Positions 1-12,790 of a stretch of DNA of 64,000 bases are shown one piece after another; the stretch's first letter is position 1, and every line of letters starts with the position of its first letter. Position numbers and translations under genes: made by a program. The notes under the pieces were generated by a model, which did not search any database, was not told where the DNA came from, and saw only the letters and a list, made by a program, of their open reading frames with translations. The DNA comes from Mobula hypostoma (Eukaryota): assembly GCF_963921235.1 (NCBI RefSeq), contig NC_086109.1, positions 5,270,001 through 5,334,000 of the forward strand, in the 5' to 3' direction.

Positions 1-2612
1 CATCAAGAACACAAGTTGTAGAGTCCTTATAGGTTATGGAATCAGTTCAGTATTTGGGTGAGTGAAGTTATCCCCTTTAGTTCAAGAGCCTGATGACTGT
101 AGGATAACAACTGTTCCTGAACTTTGTCATATGGGACTTGTGGCTCCTGTACCTCCTTCCTGATGGCTGCAGTGAGAAGAGAACATGGCCTGGATGGAGG
201 GGGTCCTTAATAATGGATGCTGCTTTCCTGTGCCAGTGGACGTGTAAATATGCTCAACGGTGGGGAGGGCCTGTATTATCTGTTACATTTTGTTAGGTTT
301 CTCTGTTCAAGAGCATTGTTATTCCCATACCAGGCCATGTTGAAGCCAATCAGTCTACTCTCCACCACACATCTGTAGAAGTACGTCAAAGTTTTAGATG
401 GCATGCTGAATCTTCACCAATTTCTAAGAAAGTAGAGGCACAACGAAGTGTACAATCTGAATGCAAGCGGCATTGCAAGTCATTATTAAACTTGAATCCC
501 AGGAAACTGTGTTGCAACATTCCTACTGCCTGTGCTGTAGAGTCACTACTAATGAGCAATGGGGAGAAAGCCCGCCAGCCCTCACCGAGAGGTCATCAGT
601 AGAAAGGATGAACAACTTCCTGGATCCTATACGTTGATGCATTCACAAAGAAGTCATACAGCTGCTCTGCATCCTGATGATTACAGGGAGATTTGGTATG
701 TCACCAAAGATCCTAGAATTCTGCTGTGCATGATCCCAAGCCCGGCTGTGAAAGGGCAAGGGTTGGAACATTGGCTAAAGAAATGATAACTAAAGCTCCA
801 AAGGTCTCATTGTTGGAGGAAGAAAGATCTTCAGAGATCCTGGGGACAACTTGATAGACTGGTCCAGGACAGAGGACTCTGGCGAGCTGATGTCGGCGGC
901 CTATGCCCCAGTAAAGTGGTGGGCTTACAATAAAAGACTCTAGCATAATCTGTACATGTACAGATTATAGAGAGCATTCTGGTTGGGTGCATCACAGCCT
1001 GATCTAGAGGCTGCAATGCACAGGAGGACAAGAGGCCACAGATGCTTGTAGATTCAGCCAGTTCCATCATGACTGCAACCCTCCCCACCATTGAAGACAT
1101 CTTCAAGGGGCAGTACAGCAAGAAGGTGGCATCCATCATTAAGGAGGTACATGAGCCTGAAGACCCACACTCAATTCCAGAACAGCTTCTTCCCCTCTGC
1201 TGCCAGATTTCTGAATGGCCCATGAACCAACAGGTTACACATGTGCAGAGTGAGAATGACAACAGAGTAGTATGATTAAACATTTTTTCTGAGTCATGTT
1301 AGTAGCATTACACGCTGGGCAATTAACACTGCATGAGCTGTGCTCCCATCCTGCCTGCCATGAACACTTAAAAGCCTGCATCCAAAAGTGAGTACCTTCT
1401 GCACGTAGAAGGACCAACCGTTGCAGCACCACAGTCTTGCAATCGATCTCATATGGTACACCATGAACACTGCCTTACTATTCCTTTTTAAATTTATTTA
1501 TGGATAATTAATTAATTTTGTAACTTGTAGCAAATTTGTGTCTTTGTACTGCTTCTACAAAACAGAAAATTTCATGGCATACAAGACTGATTATGAACAG
1601 AATAAATGAACGAATTTGCTTTAACGTAGTAAGTCATCGCCTCGCTACCAAAACCTGCAGTCCATAAATTGTCGCACATCAGAGCAAACAAGGATGGAAA
1701 TTTCAAACTGGAGACATGGCTGAACTGAAGTGGTGAAGTCAGTGTACATGAGCTTGCAGGTTTAGTGATTGAGAATTAGTCACAGGTTCAGAAAGGTGGA
1801 CACATTCAGCTCAATATATCCCTGCAAGCCACTCAGAAACTACCTGTACTCATCCCACTCAGCCATGATATTGGAGCGGAATAGGCCATTCAGCCCATTG
1901 GGTCTAGTGCCCAACTTAATCATGCCTGATATTTTGTTTGATATGCCATTCTCTCACTTACTCTCCATAGACCTTGACCCCCCCCCAAACAATCAAGAAG
2001 CTATCAATCTCTGCCTTAAATACACCCAACGACTTGGCCTCTTCAGCAATCTGGCAACAAATTCCAAAGATTCTCCCTACTCTGGCTGAAGAAATTCCTC
2101 CTCATCTCAGTTCTAAAGAGGCATCTCTTTATTCATGTGCTTGGATCCTACATGCTCCTACTAATGGAAACATCCTCTCCATGTCAACTTAATCCAGACC
2201 TTTCAGCTTCAATGAGATTGCCCCCTCATTCTTCTGACATCTGTTGAGTACAAGTGAGAGCCATCAAATGTCACTGATATGTAAAATCTTTCATTCCCAG
2301 ATTCATTCTTCTGAACCTCCTCCAGGGCCATCCCGTGTTTCCTTAGATATGGGGCCCGAACTTCCTCACATTTCACAAAGACCTGGCAATTCAGGTTCTC
2401 ATCCAGATAATTCTTGGATGTTCTGAGTCCCTGCATCTTCCACCCCATTATTCACAGCAATTCAAATTGTAACGCCTCTCTCCTTAGATGGACTTAACAT
2501 TCAGAGAATAGGAAGGAGGAAGCAAAGTGGTAGAATGTCCCCAAAGACTTCAATGAAGTTTAACATGTCAGGTGATCAGCAGTAGTTGGCAGTTCAGACA
2601 TGACCAGCCCCT

Positions 2613-3868
2613 TGTAATGTGAAGGGGTTAGTTTACTTGTGACTCAGAAGCTGCTTCTGTCATGCTGGTCGTCAATTGACCCATTCGAAGGATGCAGCAG
2701 CTCTTTCCCATTGGTTGCCTTGTGTGGCATGACACCAATGTCCAGTTCCAGGCACCTCAGTCTTATAAGAATAACACATGCTAGAGACTGGCTGTCTTTC
2801 CTTCGTCTCCAGGGGCTCACCTTCACACTGAGGTCGTGACCATTGCTCAAGAACCATTGGGAAAGCATGCTACGGATACAGGAGGGCCCACACGCACACT
2901 TAGCTAATTTAACTTGGGGAGAATTAATGAAGTACTGATTGAGTTTTTAGTGTTATGGAATGGTTAGTGTCATACTTTATGTAACTTACGGTGGCTTAGA
3001 TGTCTGGTTGAATGATTGTCTGTCCTGATGGAGGGTCTCGGTTTGAAACATTAACTGTTTACTCATTTCCGTAGATGCTGCCTGGCCTGCTGAGTTCCTC
3101 CAGCATTTTGTGTGTGTTGGTTGAATGTTTTACTGTTTGTAAATAAGTGGTTAACCTGCTTACTCATGCTGCGCAGGTTAACTCTGTAGTTAAGAAGGCA
3201 TACAGTGCATTGGCCTTCATCAGTCGTGGGATTGAGTTTAGGGGCCGAGAGGTAATGTTGCAGCTATATAGGACCCTGGTCAGACCCCATTTGGAGTACT
3301 GTGCTCAGTTCTGGTCGCCTCACTACAGGAAGGATGTGGAAGCCATAGAAAGGGTGCACAGGGGATTTACAAGGATGTTGCCTGAATTAGGGAGCATGCC
3401 TTATGAGAATAGGTTGAGTGAACTTGGCCTTTTCTCCTTGGAGTGACGGAGGATGAGAGATGACCTAATAGAGGTATATAAGATGATGAGAGGCATTGAT
3501 CATGTGGATAGTCAGAGGCTTTTTCCCAGGGCTGAAATGGCTAGCACAAGAGGGCACAGTTTTAAGGTGCTTGGAAGTAGGTACAGAGGAGATGTCAGGG
3601 GTAAGCTTTTATGCAGAGAGTGGAGAGTGCGTGGAATGGGCTGCCGGCGATAGTGGTGAAGTTGGATATGATAGGGTTTTTTAAGAGACTCTTGGATAGG
3701 TACGTGGAGCTTAGAAAAATAGAGGGCTATGGGTAACCCTAGGTAATTTCCAAGGTAAGGACATGTTCAGCTCTGCTTTGTGGGCCAAAGGGCCTGTGCT
3801 ATAGATTTTCTATGTTTCTATTAACGTCTTCTGTCTCACTTATCAAACCCGTGAACCTGCTTTACCGT
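2613..3868 (+). mobile_element. Solo LTR interrupted by SINE-like and CR1 inserts
   Basis: Begins TGTAATGTGAAGG; both ends match the reverse complement of 40584-41111. Confidence 0.65.
3147..3820 (+). mobile_element. CR1 3' fragment nested in an LTR
   Basis: [17 protein letters not shown]; (tttctatg) tail. Confidence 0.85.
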
Positions 3869-4457
3869 AATAAGCTTCTTATTCTTTTTATTCTTCTTTC
3901 ACTTCTCTTCTAAGATTTGTATATCTGTGTGTTTGTAATGCTACTATGACACTGTAATTTCAATTGGGATCAATAAAGTATCTATCGACCTATCGATCTA
4001 TCTATCTATCTCTCACTCATTCTTCCTTTCCAAATCCCTGCTCCCCCATCTCTGATGTTTACACAATTTAGTTCCTTTGGCTGTTAACAAAGGGACCCTG
4101 TGCCAAGAACTTATGAGTTTAACCCCATTGATGCCATCTCTGATCCAAGACCCTACTAAACAGCAAGCAGTACCAGAGTAGAGTCATTGCATTTCACAGC
4201 AGAGATACAGGCCCTTTGGCCCAACTCTGCCATGCTAACCACAGTGCCCATTGTTTGCCCCATAAACTTCTAAAACATTCCTGTCCATCTACCTGTCCAA
4301 CTATCTTCTAAACATACAGTAAACCCATGCAAGACAGGGTGTTTGAGCCCCCATGTTACTCTCAGATACCATAACCCATCATAGGTCTGATCAAGGTACT
4401 ACTGCTTCCTAATGCCTGCAGTCAGAATTCAACGTTTGAGAATGAAAGTTCTCTTAC

Positions 4458-4571
4458 CTGTTTCACAGAAGGTTCCATTGAATCCTCTGAGACATTTACA
4501 TTGTGGTCCTATGGTGGTGTTCCAACAGGTCCCATTATTTTGACAGATCATTGAATTACACCTCAGCTTGG
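4458..4571 (-). CDS. Copy A exon 4, EGF-like domain 1
   Basis: 114 nt, phase 1-1, six Cys with EGF spacing, ttccag|...|gtaaga. Confidence 0.92.
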
Positions 4572-7500
4572 CTGGAAATTGGAAATTAAATTAAGGGGTT
4601 TTATTTCTGCTTGGCAGCAAGGGGAGCAAATTATGCCCAGTATCGCAGGAATCTAATTAAAGGTCCATTACTTTAATATACAATCTATACAAGTCCATCA
4701 AAACAACACAGAAAATACATGTAAATATACGTTCTGAATAAAGTTGGTCCTGGATTCTTTAGCCAGAGGGCGGAGAGTCTGTGGAGTTCATTGCCACAGA
4801 CAGCTGTGGTGGCCAAGTCATTTGATTATATTTAAAGTAGAGATTACTGGGTTCTTGATTAGTCAGGATATCAAAGTTTTCAGGGAGAAGGCAGGTGAAT
4901 GTGGTTGAGAGGGATAGTAAATCAGCCATGAGCAGACTCAGTAGACCGAATGGCCTAATTCTGCTCTTATGTTTTATAGTTTTATACCATAATCTTTATC
5001 TACACATTCTATTTTGAATCTTGTTTGTTAAGATGATTAAAATGCATGCCATTGTAGGTGTTAGACCACAGATCATGGAAGAACAGAACACAGGAACCAG
5101 ATCTACTACAGCTCGGGGCGGCAGAGTTCAAAGTTCAATTCTGATGCTCGCTGTAAGAAGATTGTATGTCCTTCCCATGAGTGCATGGGTTTCCACTGGC
5201 CTCTCCATTTCCCTCCCACAGGACAATTTAGTAGATGAGCAGGTTCATTGTAAATTATCCTGGGATTAGGCCTGGGTTAAATCTGGAACGTCCTGTTTGG
5301 TGCTATATTCCTTGGAATGTAGGAGAATGAGGGAGGTTTGATAGAAGTATATAAAATTAAAAGGAGTATAGATAGGGTAAATGCAAGCAGGCTATTTCCA
5401 CTGAGGTTGTGTGGAACTACAACCAGAGGTCATGGGTTGAAAGGTGAAAATTTTAAGGGGAACATGAAGGGAAACTTCTCCACTCAGAGGTTTGTGAGAG
5501 TGTGGAATGAACTGCCAGCTGAAGTGGTGCGTGCGAGCTTGACTTCAATCCTTAAGAGAAGTTTGGATAGCTACAAGGATGGCAGGGTTATGGATGGCTA
5601 CGGTCCCGGTACAGGTCAATGGGAGTAGGCAGCTTAAATAGTTTAGCACAGAATAGATAAGCCAAAGAGCCTGTTTCTCTGCTGTACTTTTCTATTACTT
5701 GATAAATAAATAAATAGTGGTAACTTTCCACTTCCCTTTCCGTCCCGATGCAGGGTCTCGATCCAGAATATCGACTCACACCTTCTGCCAACACAGATAC
5801 TGCTTGACCCACTGAGTCTTCCCAGCGTTCTGTACAACATGATGTTTATTTCCCTTGACCACCTCTAATCCTTCTTTCCATTAAAATCAATGCATGAAGG
5901 GAAAGTTGTCTCATTGGTGGCTAGAACTTGCGTCCTTTAAAGTGAAAGTCCCAGCAGCTTTGTGAGAATGATAAAATGGAGAACCACATACCTGCGTAGA
6001 GTTGCCAGAAGGATTCCTTAAAGAGTGAAAAGAGAAATACATTATTAACAATTGGCTTAGTACAATATCTGGTGAGGACATTATTGGTGGCTTGGTCTCA
6101 GACATCAGTGAATGGGAACAGAAGCAGACGGTGCTGGAAATGCTTAGCAGGATCTTTGGAAGAAGGAGCTAGGCCAACATTATACTCTGATCACCAGACC
6201 AGCTTCACAAGACAAATGTAACCCCCTCACCGTAGCTCAGCGGTGAGAAGGCTACCTTTCCTAAACTGTATTGTATGTATAGGGCTGGTAGGATTTGGCG
6301 TTCAACCAAACAGGAATGTTGGGAATTACCATTAAAGAAACCTTGATTTGAGTGAATGCTGTGTAATTACTGACCACGCACAATTATTGGTCACCAAGGA
6401 ATAACAGATTGTACACCAGCATAAAATTATAAAGAAAGAATATTTACCAATTTCAGCTTTATCAACAATTAATGGGAAAAAGAAAAGGAAGAACAAGAGC
6501 CATTACAATTAAACCAGTATAAATGTGCACATAGACGATGGAGTTTGTTTCTGTAGTGGTTAGGTATACCGCTTTACTCATGGTGCAGAATTCTCATCAC
6601 CATTCACAGGTAGAACTTCCCCTCTTGAACTTCTTCACCTCATGAAGCACTCCTTGCATTAGGGTTTTCCCTTCAGATACAAAGCACCAGGTTTCTTCCT
6701 TGATCCTCTCCCCTCCGCATCTCCCACTTAAAGACCATGAACCCGACCACTGTCTGTCAGATGTCTCTATCCTTCCAGCTCTCTCTAGAACCTTCTCCCC
6801 ACACCACCATCCTGATTGGCTGACACAATGTTCCTAAATTGAACAACATGGCTTCTTATCTTCAGCCAAAACTAAAACACTCTCACCAAAGACACACACT
6901 CCTTTTACAGAAAACTGCTAAAATCAAATCCCTCACAGCGTGGCAGTAGAAATCCTAACCAGGGCATTACAGGTGCTTTGCACTGTGTGTGATTGGTAGT
7001 ACAGTGTTTTACATCTTGGCCCTGGAGTAACACTGTCTCATTTGGCTGTATTCATGGGTATTCTTGTGTGGTTGAATTGAATTGAAATTGAATTCAGTTG
7101 AAGACATAGGAACAGAATTAGGCCATTTGGCCCAAGCCGCCTTTCAGCTTTTACAGCTCCAGGGAAAAGAACCAAATGTGTCCAACCTCTCCTTATTGCA
7201 CTTGCCCTCTAATCCAAGCTGCATCCTGGTGAATCTCTTCTCTAAAGGCTTATCACCCTCCCTGTAATGAGGGGCTCAGAGATGAACAGAAAAGCCAGAT
7301 GTGGCCTCACTACTGTTGTATAAAGCTGCAACATTACATTCTGACTCTTCAACTGAGTGACTTGACCAATAAAGGCAAGCACACCATATGTCTTCTTAAC
7401 CTCCATATCAACCCGTGCAGTCACTTTTGGGGACCCCACAATCCACCGCATCTCACCTGGCATTTCCTGTTTTTATCTCAGATTTTATCAGATTGCCATT

Positions 7501-10435
7501 TCTATGTTTATAAGACCTGAAGACAAAGGAGCCAAGTTAGGCCATTTGGCCCATTGAGTCTGCTTCATCATAACGTCATGGCTGATTTATTATGCCTCTC
7601 AGTTCCATTCCCCTGCATTCTCCCTGTGACCTTTTATGCCCTGACAAATCAGGAACCTATAAATCTCCACTTGGAATATATTTAATGACTGGGCTTCCAC
7701 AGCTGTCTGTGGCAATGAATTCCAGAGATTCACCACCCTCTGCGTAAAGAAATTCCTCCTCACCTCTTCTTTATAGGAATGTCCTTGTACTCTGATGCTG
7801 TGCTGTTTGGTCCTAATGATGGGGCTGCAACATGGAGGTGGTTTATGTTGTCCACTGGAAGACCTGACTGATATTGGTCAGCCTGGTGAGGTCACTGAAG
7901 TCCTGATGGGTAGTGGTAGACATGGTAATGATGTTCCTTAGTCTTGGTTTCAGTTAACTTTCTTCTCTTGAGTCCCCTTAGTCTTGTGTCCACCCATCAA
8001 AGTGACGGATCCTCCCACCAGTAGGACAAGATGGAGTTTATGAGATGAGATGAACTGTGTCATTCTCCAGTAGTGGACAGACTGAAAATATGCTGCATGG
8101 GTTGCCTCATGGTCATGGGTATGGTAACATCAAAGGATACGGGAAGAAGGCAGGAGAATTGGGTTGAGAGGGATAATAAATTAGCCATGATTCATGGAAC
8201 AGACTTGATGGGCCAAATGGCCTAATTCTGCCCCTCTGTCTTATGGTCTTATTATCCTGACCCTTTGAATTCCTTGAGCGGACAATGAATGAGACAACAG
8301 TCTGGAGGGTGGAAAACATCACCATCATCATTATCGTTATGTGCTGTGTTGTATGTGGGCAATCATGGTCTATCCATGACCATGACTGTTCTAGGCAAAT
8401 TTTTCTACAGAAGAGGATTTCCATTGCCTTCTTCTGGGCAGTGTCTTTACAAGATAGGTGACCCCAGCCACTATTGATACTCTTGTCTGTCTGGCGTCAG
8501 TGGTCGCATAACCAGGACTGTGATGTGCACCAGCTGCTCATACGACCATCCACTACCTACTCCCATGGCTTCATATGTCCCTGATCAGGGGGCTAAGCGG
8601 ATGCCACACTTTGCCCAAGGGGGACCTGCAGGTTAGCGGAAGAAAGGAGAACCTTACACTTCCTTTGGTAGAGATGTATCACCACCTCACCATCCAAGGG
8701 GTGAAGAAAACAAGGGGTAAATTGGAATTGGACCTAGAAAATTTGTCCTTACCGTTTTGGAATCATCTTCAAAAACCTCTCGGGCTTCTTCCTTTGAGCA
8801 TGTTTCTTCCACACACTCTCGCTCCAGATTCCCTTGTCTAACCTCTTCTACAAGGTTGTTTGCTCTGCGGATTCGAGACAGGAGCTGCAGAGCGGAAGGT
8901 TTCTGTAGGAAGACTCAATAACACATCCACAGTATTAAACATCTGGTGCCTGTCTGCTGACAGAACTGTGTCATGACGTAAGACTATTACCTCTGAAATG
9001 CTTTAGTGTGTACTTGCACTAAGATTGGAATTGTATAAAAGCTGAAATTTTCTTCTCATTAACTTTAAAAGCTTACACCACGTCCCCACCATCCGAGGTG
9101 GAGATGACTAAGGCCATTCAACAGGGCTCAGGTGAAGCTGTATAGATCAAACCCTGTTCAGCTGATATAATTGATTACAGAAACATTGATAAACTCCAAC
9201 CATACCATCGACTTTGGATGATGGAGACAGGAGGTCATCAATGGCCTTTATCCCACTGGGAGCTAAGGGCCCAAGAAGAAGAAGATGTTAAAAGCCGACA
9301 CTGTCGTTGTCTGTGATGAGACTACACTGTTGAAAGTCACACAACATTCAGGCTGGTCTCTCCAGATATGAAGAGATGAACTGAAGTAACCAAAACTTTA
9401 AATATTATTCTGACAACAGCCTTGACAGGATAAGCAAATAAGATGATGAAACAAATTGCTAGTTACTTATTCACCTTTGCTTCATAAAATGAAAAACAAT
9501 CTCAGTAACCACATCCTCACTAGGATCGCAAGCTTATTCTACTCAGTAAAAAGCAACAGAGATTTCTCATGTTAGCTTTTATAATACATTGTACGGGGAA
9601 ACAACTTCCAGTTATACAGGATCCCTTATAATCAGAAATTAAACAGTCTTTCCACATTTGCCTGGAGTCCACTAGCTGGGAACAAAATCACTGGGAATTC
9701 CTACACAAAATCTGTTTTCTCAATTCCTTGCTTAGCTTAATACAACTAATTTCAAAGTCTACTTGTATTAATCTGTTCATCTTAAGGGATACATTGGTTG
9801 TTGTTTCTCAGTCTCACCCTGGCAGTGGGAGATGGTGAAAGGAAAAGACACAGTGTCTAACAGTGCAGCAAGCTGAATCACCTGCACTGTTCCCTCTAAG
9901 CTGCACAGTAACTGAAATGCTCCCATGCACATAGCCTATGTTAACAAGCAGCAGGAATGAAAACTGATGAGAAAAAGTTACAAAACATAAAAGATTTTCT
10001 TTGACGTACTGTATTTCATTATACCCTCTGATTAATAAATGAAATCAGAAGTGTGTGATTTTTCAATGTTCATTCTAAATATTCATAGTGTGCATGTTAC
10101 AAATAAAAACATTTAAAATGCCATGTAGTTTTCAGGCCGTGTAAAAATTTCCTGCTCAGAACAATGGTTGGTCCGTGCAGCTTTAAAGGAAATTAGAGGA
10201 AACTTTGATCACCTGCCAGGGATGAAGAGAGTGCAGAAGTCTCAAGTTATGATCTGACAATTCCTATCAACAACCTTCACCCAAAGTCACCGCCGTGGGA
10301 GGGACACCGTCAGCTGGGGGAGATGTACGGATGGGAGGAACGGGTTGCACTGAGAGTTCGTTGATACTTACCATCATTTGTGTGACAGCCAGTGAGAAAC
10401 AACAAGATGATCCCATAACTTAGGGCGAGCGTCAT
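4458..10435 (-). CDS. Copy A: Gla-EGF gene exons 1-4 (10435-10372, 8913-8753, 6016-5992, 4571-4458); 3' exon(s) probably off-window
   Basis: [121 protein letters not shown]. Canonical RIRR/AN furin site. No exon-5 homolog seen in 1-4457. Confidence 0.88.
5992..6016 (-). CDS. Copy A exon 3, aromatic stack (ESFWQLYA)
   Basis: 25-nt exon, ctctttaag|...|gtatgt, FWxxY motif. Confidence 0.9.
8753..8913 (-). CDS. Copy A exon 2, propeptide + Gla domain
   Basis: 161 nt; propeptide F-16/A-10/L-6 and RIRR; Glu at positions 6,7,14,16,19,20,25,26,29,32; C17-C22; donor ACG|gtaagg. Confidence 0.95.
9885..10207. mobile_element. hAT-type MITE in intron 1 of copy A
   Basis: TIRs CACTGTTCCCTCTAA / TTAGAGGAAACTTTG (12/15 match); 8-bp TSD ATCACCTG at 9877-9884 and 10208-10215. 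Confidence 0.85.
10372..10435 (-). CDS. Copy A exon 1, signal peptide
   Basis: ATG in context gcaagATG, hydrophobic core GIILLFL, phase-1 donor G|gtaagt; 64 nt. Confidence 0.88.
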
Positions 10436-10527
10436 CTTGCTTTGTCACCGTCCGATCCGATGTATTGGAGAGACACGATGAGAGATTTTGAAAATGGATC
10501 TACCTCACTCAAATCACAGTTACACTC

Positions 10528-10582
10528 TTTATATAATCAGTATTTTTTCTTTGTTTTGCAAATATTTCTGTTAATAAATAAC
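10528..10582 (-). promoter_or_regulatory. Copy A promoter: TATA box and HNF1-like site
   Basis: TATATAAA (minus strand) at 10528-10535, about 95 nt upstream of ATG; GTTAATAAATAAC at 10570-10582. Confidence 0.6.
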
Positions 10583-11249
10583 CAACGATTTTGAAAGACT
10601 TTCACAGGAGTACACAGAGCATGGATTTTTGGAAATAAATTCTGGTAATGTTGACAGCAGAAAAGGGGAGCACCTTTCTTCTCAGTCTGTTCATGCATTG
10701 GAACAGAGAGAATTTCTGGTTGTAAAAGTGCATTAGTTATGCTAAGTCATACAAATATCTTGATTAATGTGTGAAAGCTGTTCAAATCCTCCCAATGTTT
10801 ATCCAAGCGTAAAAGTTACGCTGACTGTGAAACTCCCAACTGCTCGAGTGTTCTGATGTTTGAAATGAATTAGTGTTCTAAGCAATCTCAATGTACCTTC
10901 CCCAAGATCAGAACAATTACAGTTCATTTCCATCAAACATTCGGTTGTTGAACCAACTGGCAAACCCCTGGTCACTACAGTTTGGTAACACAATGACCTC
11001 TGATCATTTTGCACTATAATGGACATTTTCTGGTCAAATTCTTCTGTCTTGAAAAACTTTTGTGTTATTTAAAGGTTCAGAGATTAGTTTTATTTGTCAC
11101 ATGTATGTCGAAATATTGAAGCATACAGTGAAAAGCATCGTTTGCGTCAACGTCCAACACAGTCCAAGGATGTGCTCGTGGGCAGCCCGCAAGTGTCACC
11201 AAGCTTATGATGCTAACATAGCTTGACCACAACTCACCAATCCTAAACC

Positions 11250-12790
11250 GTGCGTCAGGGAGAGGGTCGGGTGGCGTGTGGCACAGGGAGAGGGTCAGAG
11301 TTCATGTGGCACGGGGAGAGGGTCAGGCGGCGAGTGGCACAGGAAGAGGGTCAGGTGTCGCGTGGCACGGAGAGGGACAGGTGTCGTGTGGCACAGGGAG
11401 AGGATCAGGTGGTGTGTGGCACAGGGAGAGGGTCAGAGTTCATGTGGCATGGGGAGAGGGTCAGGGTTCATGTGGCACAGGCAGAGGGTCAGGCGGCGAG
11501 TGGCACAGGAAGAGGGTCAGGTGTCGTGTGGCACGGAGAGGGACAGGTGTCGTGTGGCACAGGGAGAGGATCAGGTGGTGTGTGGCACAGGGAGAGGGTC
11601 AGGTGTGTGGCACGGAGACAGTCAGGTGCCGTGTGGCACGGAGAGGGTCAGGTGTCATGTGGCACGGAGAGGGTCAGGTGTCTTGCGGCACAGGGAGAGG
11701 GTCAGGCAGCGAGTAGCACAGGGAGAGGGTCGGGGTTCATGTGGCACGGGGAGAGGGTCGGGGTTCATGTGGCACAGGCAGAGGGTCAGGCGGCGAGTGG
11801 CACAGGAAGAGGGTCAGGTGTCATGTGGCATGGAGAGGGACAGGTGTCATGTGGCACAGGGAGAGGGTCAGGTGGTGTGTGGCACAGGGAGAGGGTCAGG
11901 TGTCGTGTGGCACAGGGAGAGGGTCAGGTGGTGTGTGGCACAGGGAGAGGGTCAGGTGTGTGGCACGGAGAGAGTCAGGTGTCGTGTGGCACGGAGAGGG
12001 TCAGGTGTCATGTGGCACAGAGAGGGTCAGGTGTCTTGCGGCACAGGGAGAGGGTCGGGGTTCATGTGGCACGGGGAGAGGGTCAGGGTTCATGTGACAC
12101 AGGCAGAGGGTCAGGCCGCGAGTGGCACAGGAAGAGGGTCAAGTTTCATGTGGCACGGAGAGGGACAGGTGTCGTGTGGCACAGGGAGAGGATCAGGTGG
12201 TGTGTGGCACAGGGAGAGGGTCAGGTGGTGAGTGGCACAGGAAGAGGGTCAGGTAGTGAATAATCAAGATATTTGTATTATTTAGCATGACTAATGCACT
12301 TTTACAACCAGAAATTCTCTCTGTTCCAATGCAGTCAGGTGTCGAGTGGCACAGGGAGCGGGTCATGTCATGAGTGACACAGGCAGAGGGTCAGGTGTCG
12401 TGTGACACAGGGAGAGGGTCAGGTCGTGAGTGGCACAGATGTCATGTGGCAGAGGGAGAGGGTCAGGTAGCGAGTGGCACAGGGAGAGTGTCTGGTGGTG
12501 AGTGGCACAGGGAGAGGGTCAGGTAGCGAATAATCAAGATATTTGTATTATTTAGCATGACTAATGCACTTTTACAACTAGAAATTCTCTCTGTTCCAAT
12601 GTGGTCAGGTGGCATGTGGCTTAGGGAGAGGGTCAGGTCGCGAGTGGCACAGGTGGTGAGTGGCACAGGGAGAGGGTCAGGTCGCGAGTGGCACAGGGAG
12701 AGGGTCAGGTGTCGTGTGGCACAGGGAGCGGGTCTGATTATGAGCGCTGCACAATGGGGGTCAGGTGCTGAGTGCAGGGAAGGGGTCGAG
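11250..12790. repeat. G-rich minisatellite (~25-28 bp unit GTGGCACAGGGAGAGGGTCAGGTGTCGT)
   Basis: Dozens of variant units; explains the overlapping repetitive ORFs. Confidence 0.95.

Noticed and set aside
10215-10315. Possible extra exon just after exon 1 (ctcccccag|CTGACGG...)
   Set aside because: Intron would be under 60 nt, the frame hits TGA quickly, and exon 1 already joins exon 2 in frame.
11250-12263. 337-aa and 317-aa overlapping ORFs
   Set aside because: Products of a stop-poor minisatellite that is open in several frames; no coding signal.
11250-12790. CRISPR-like repeat array
   Set aside because: Eukaryotic VNTR with no unique spacers and no cas genes.
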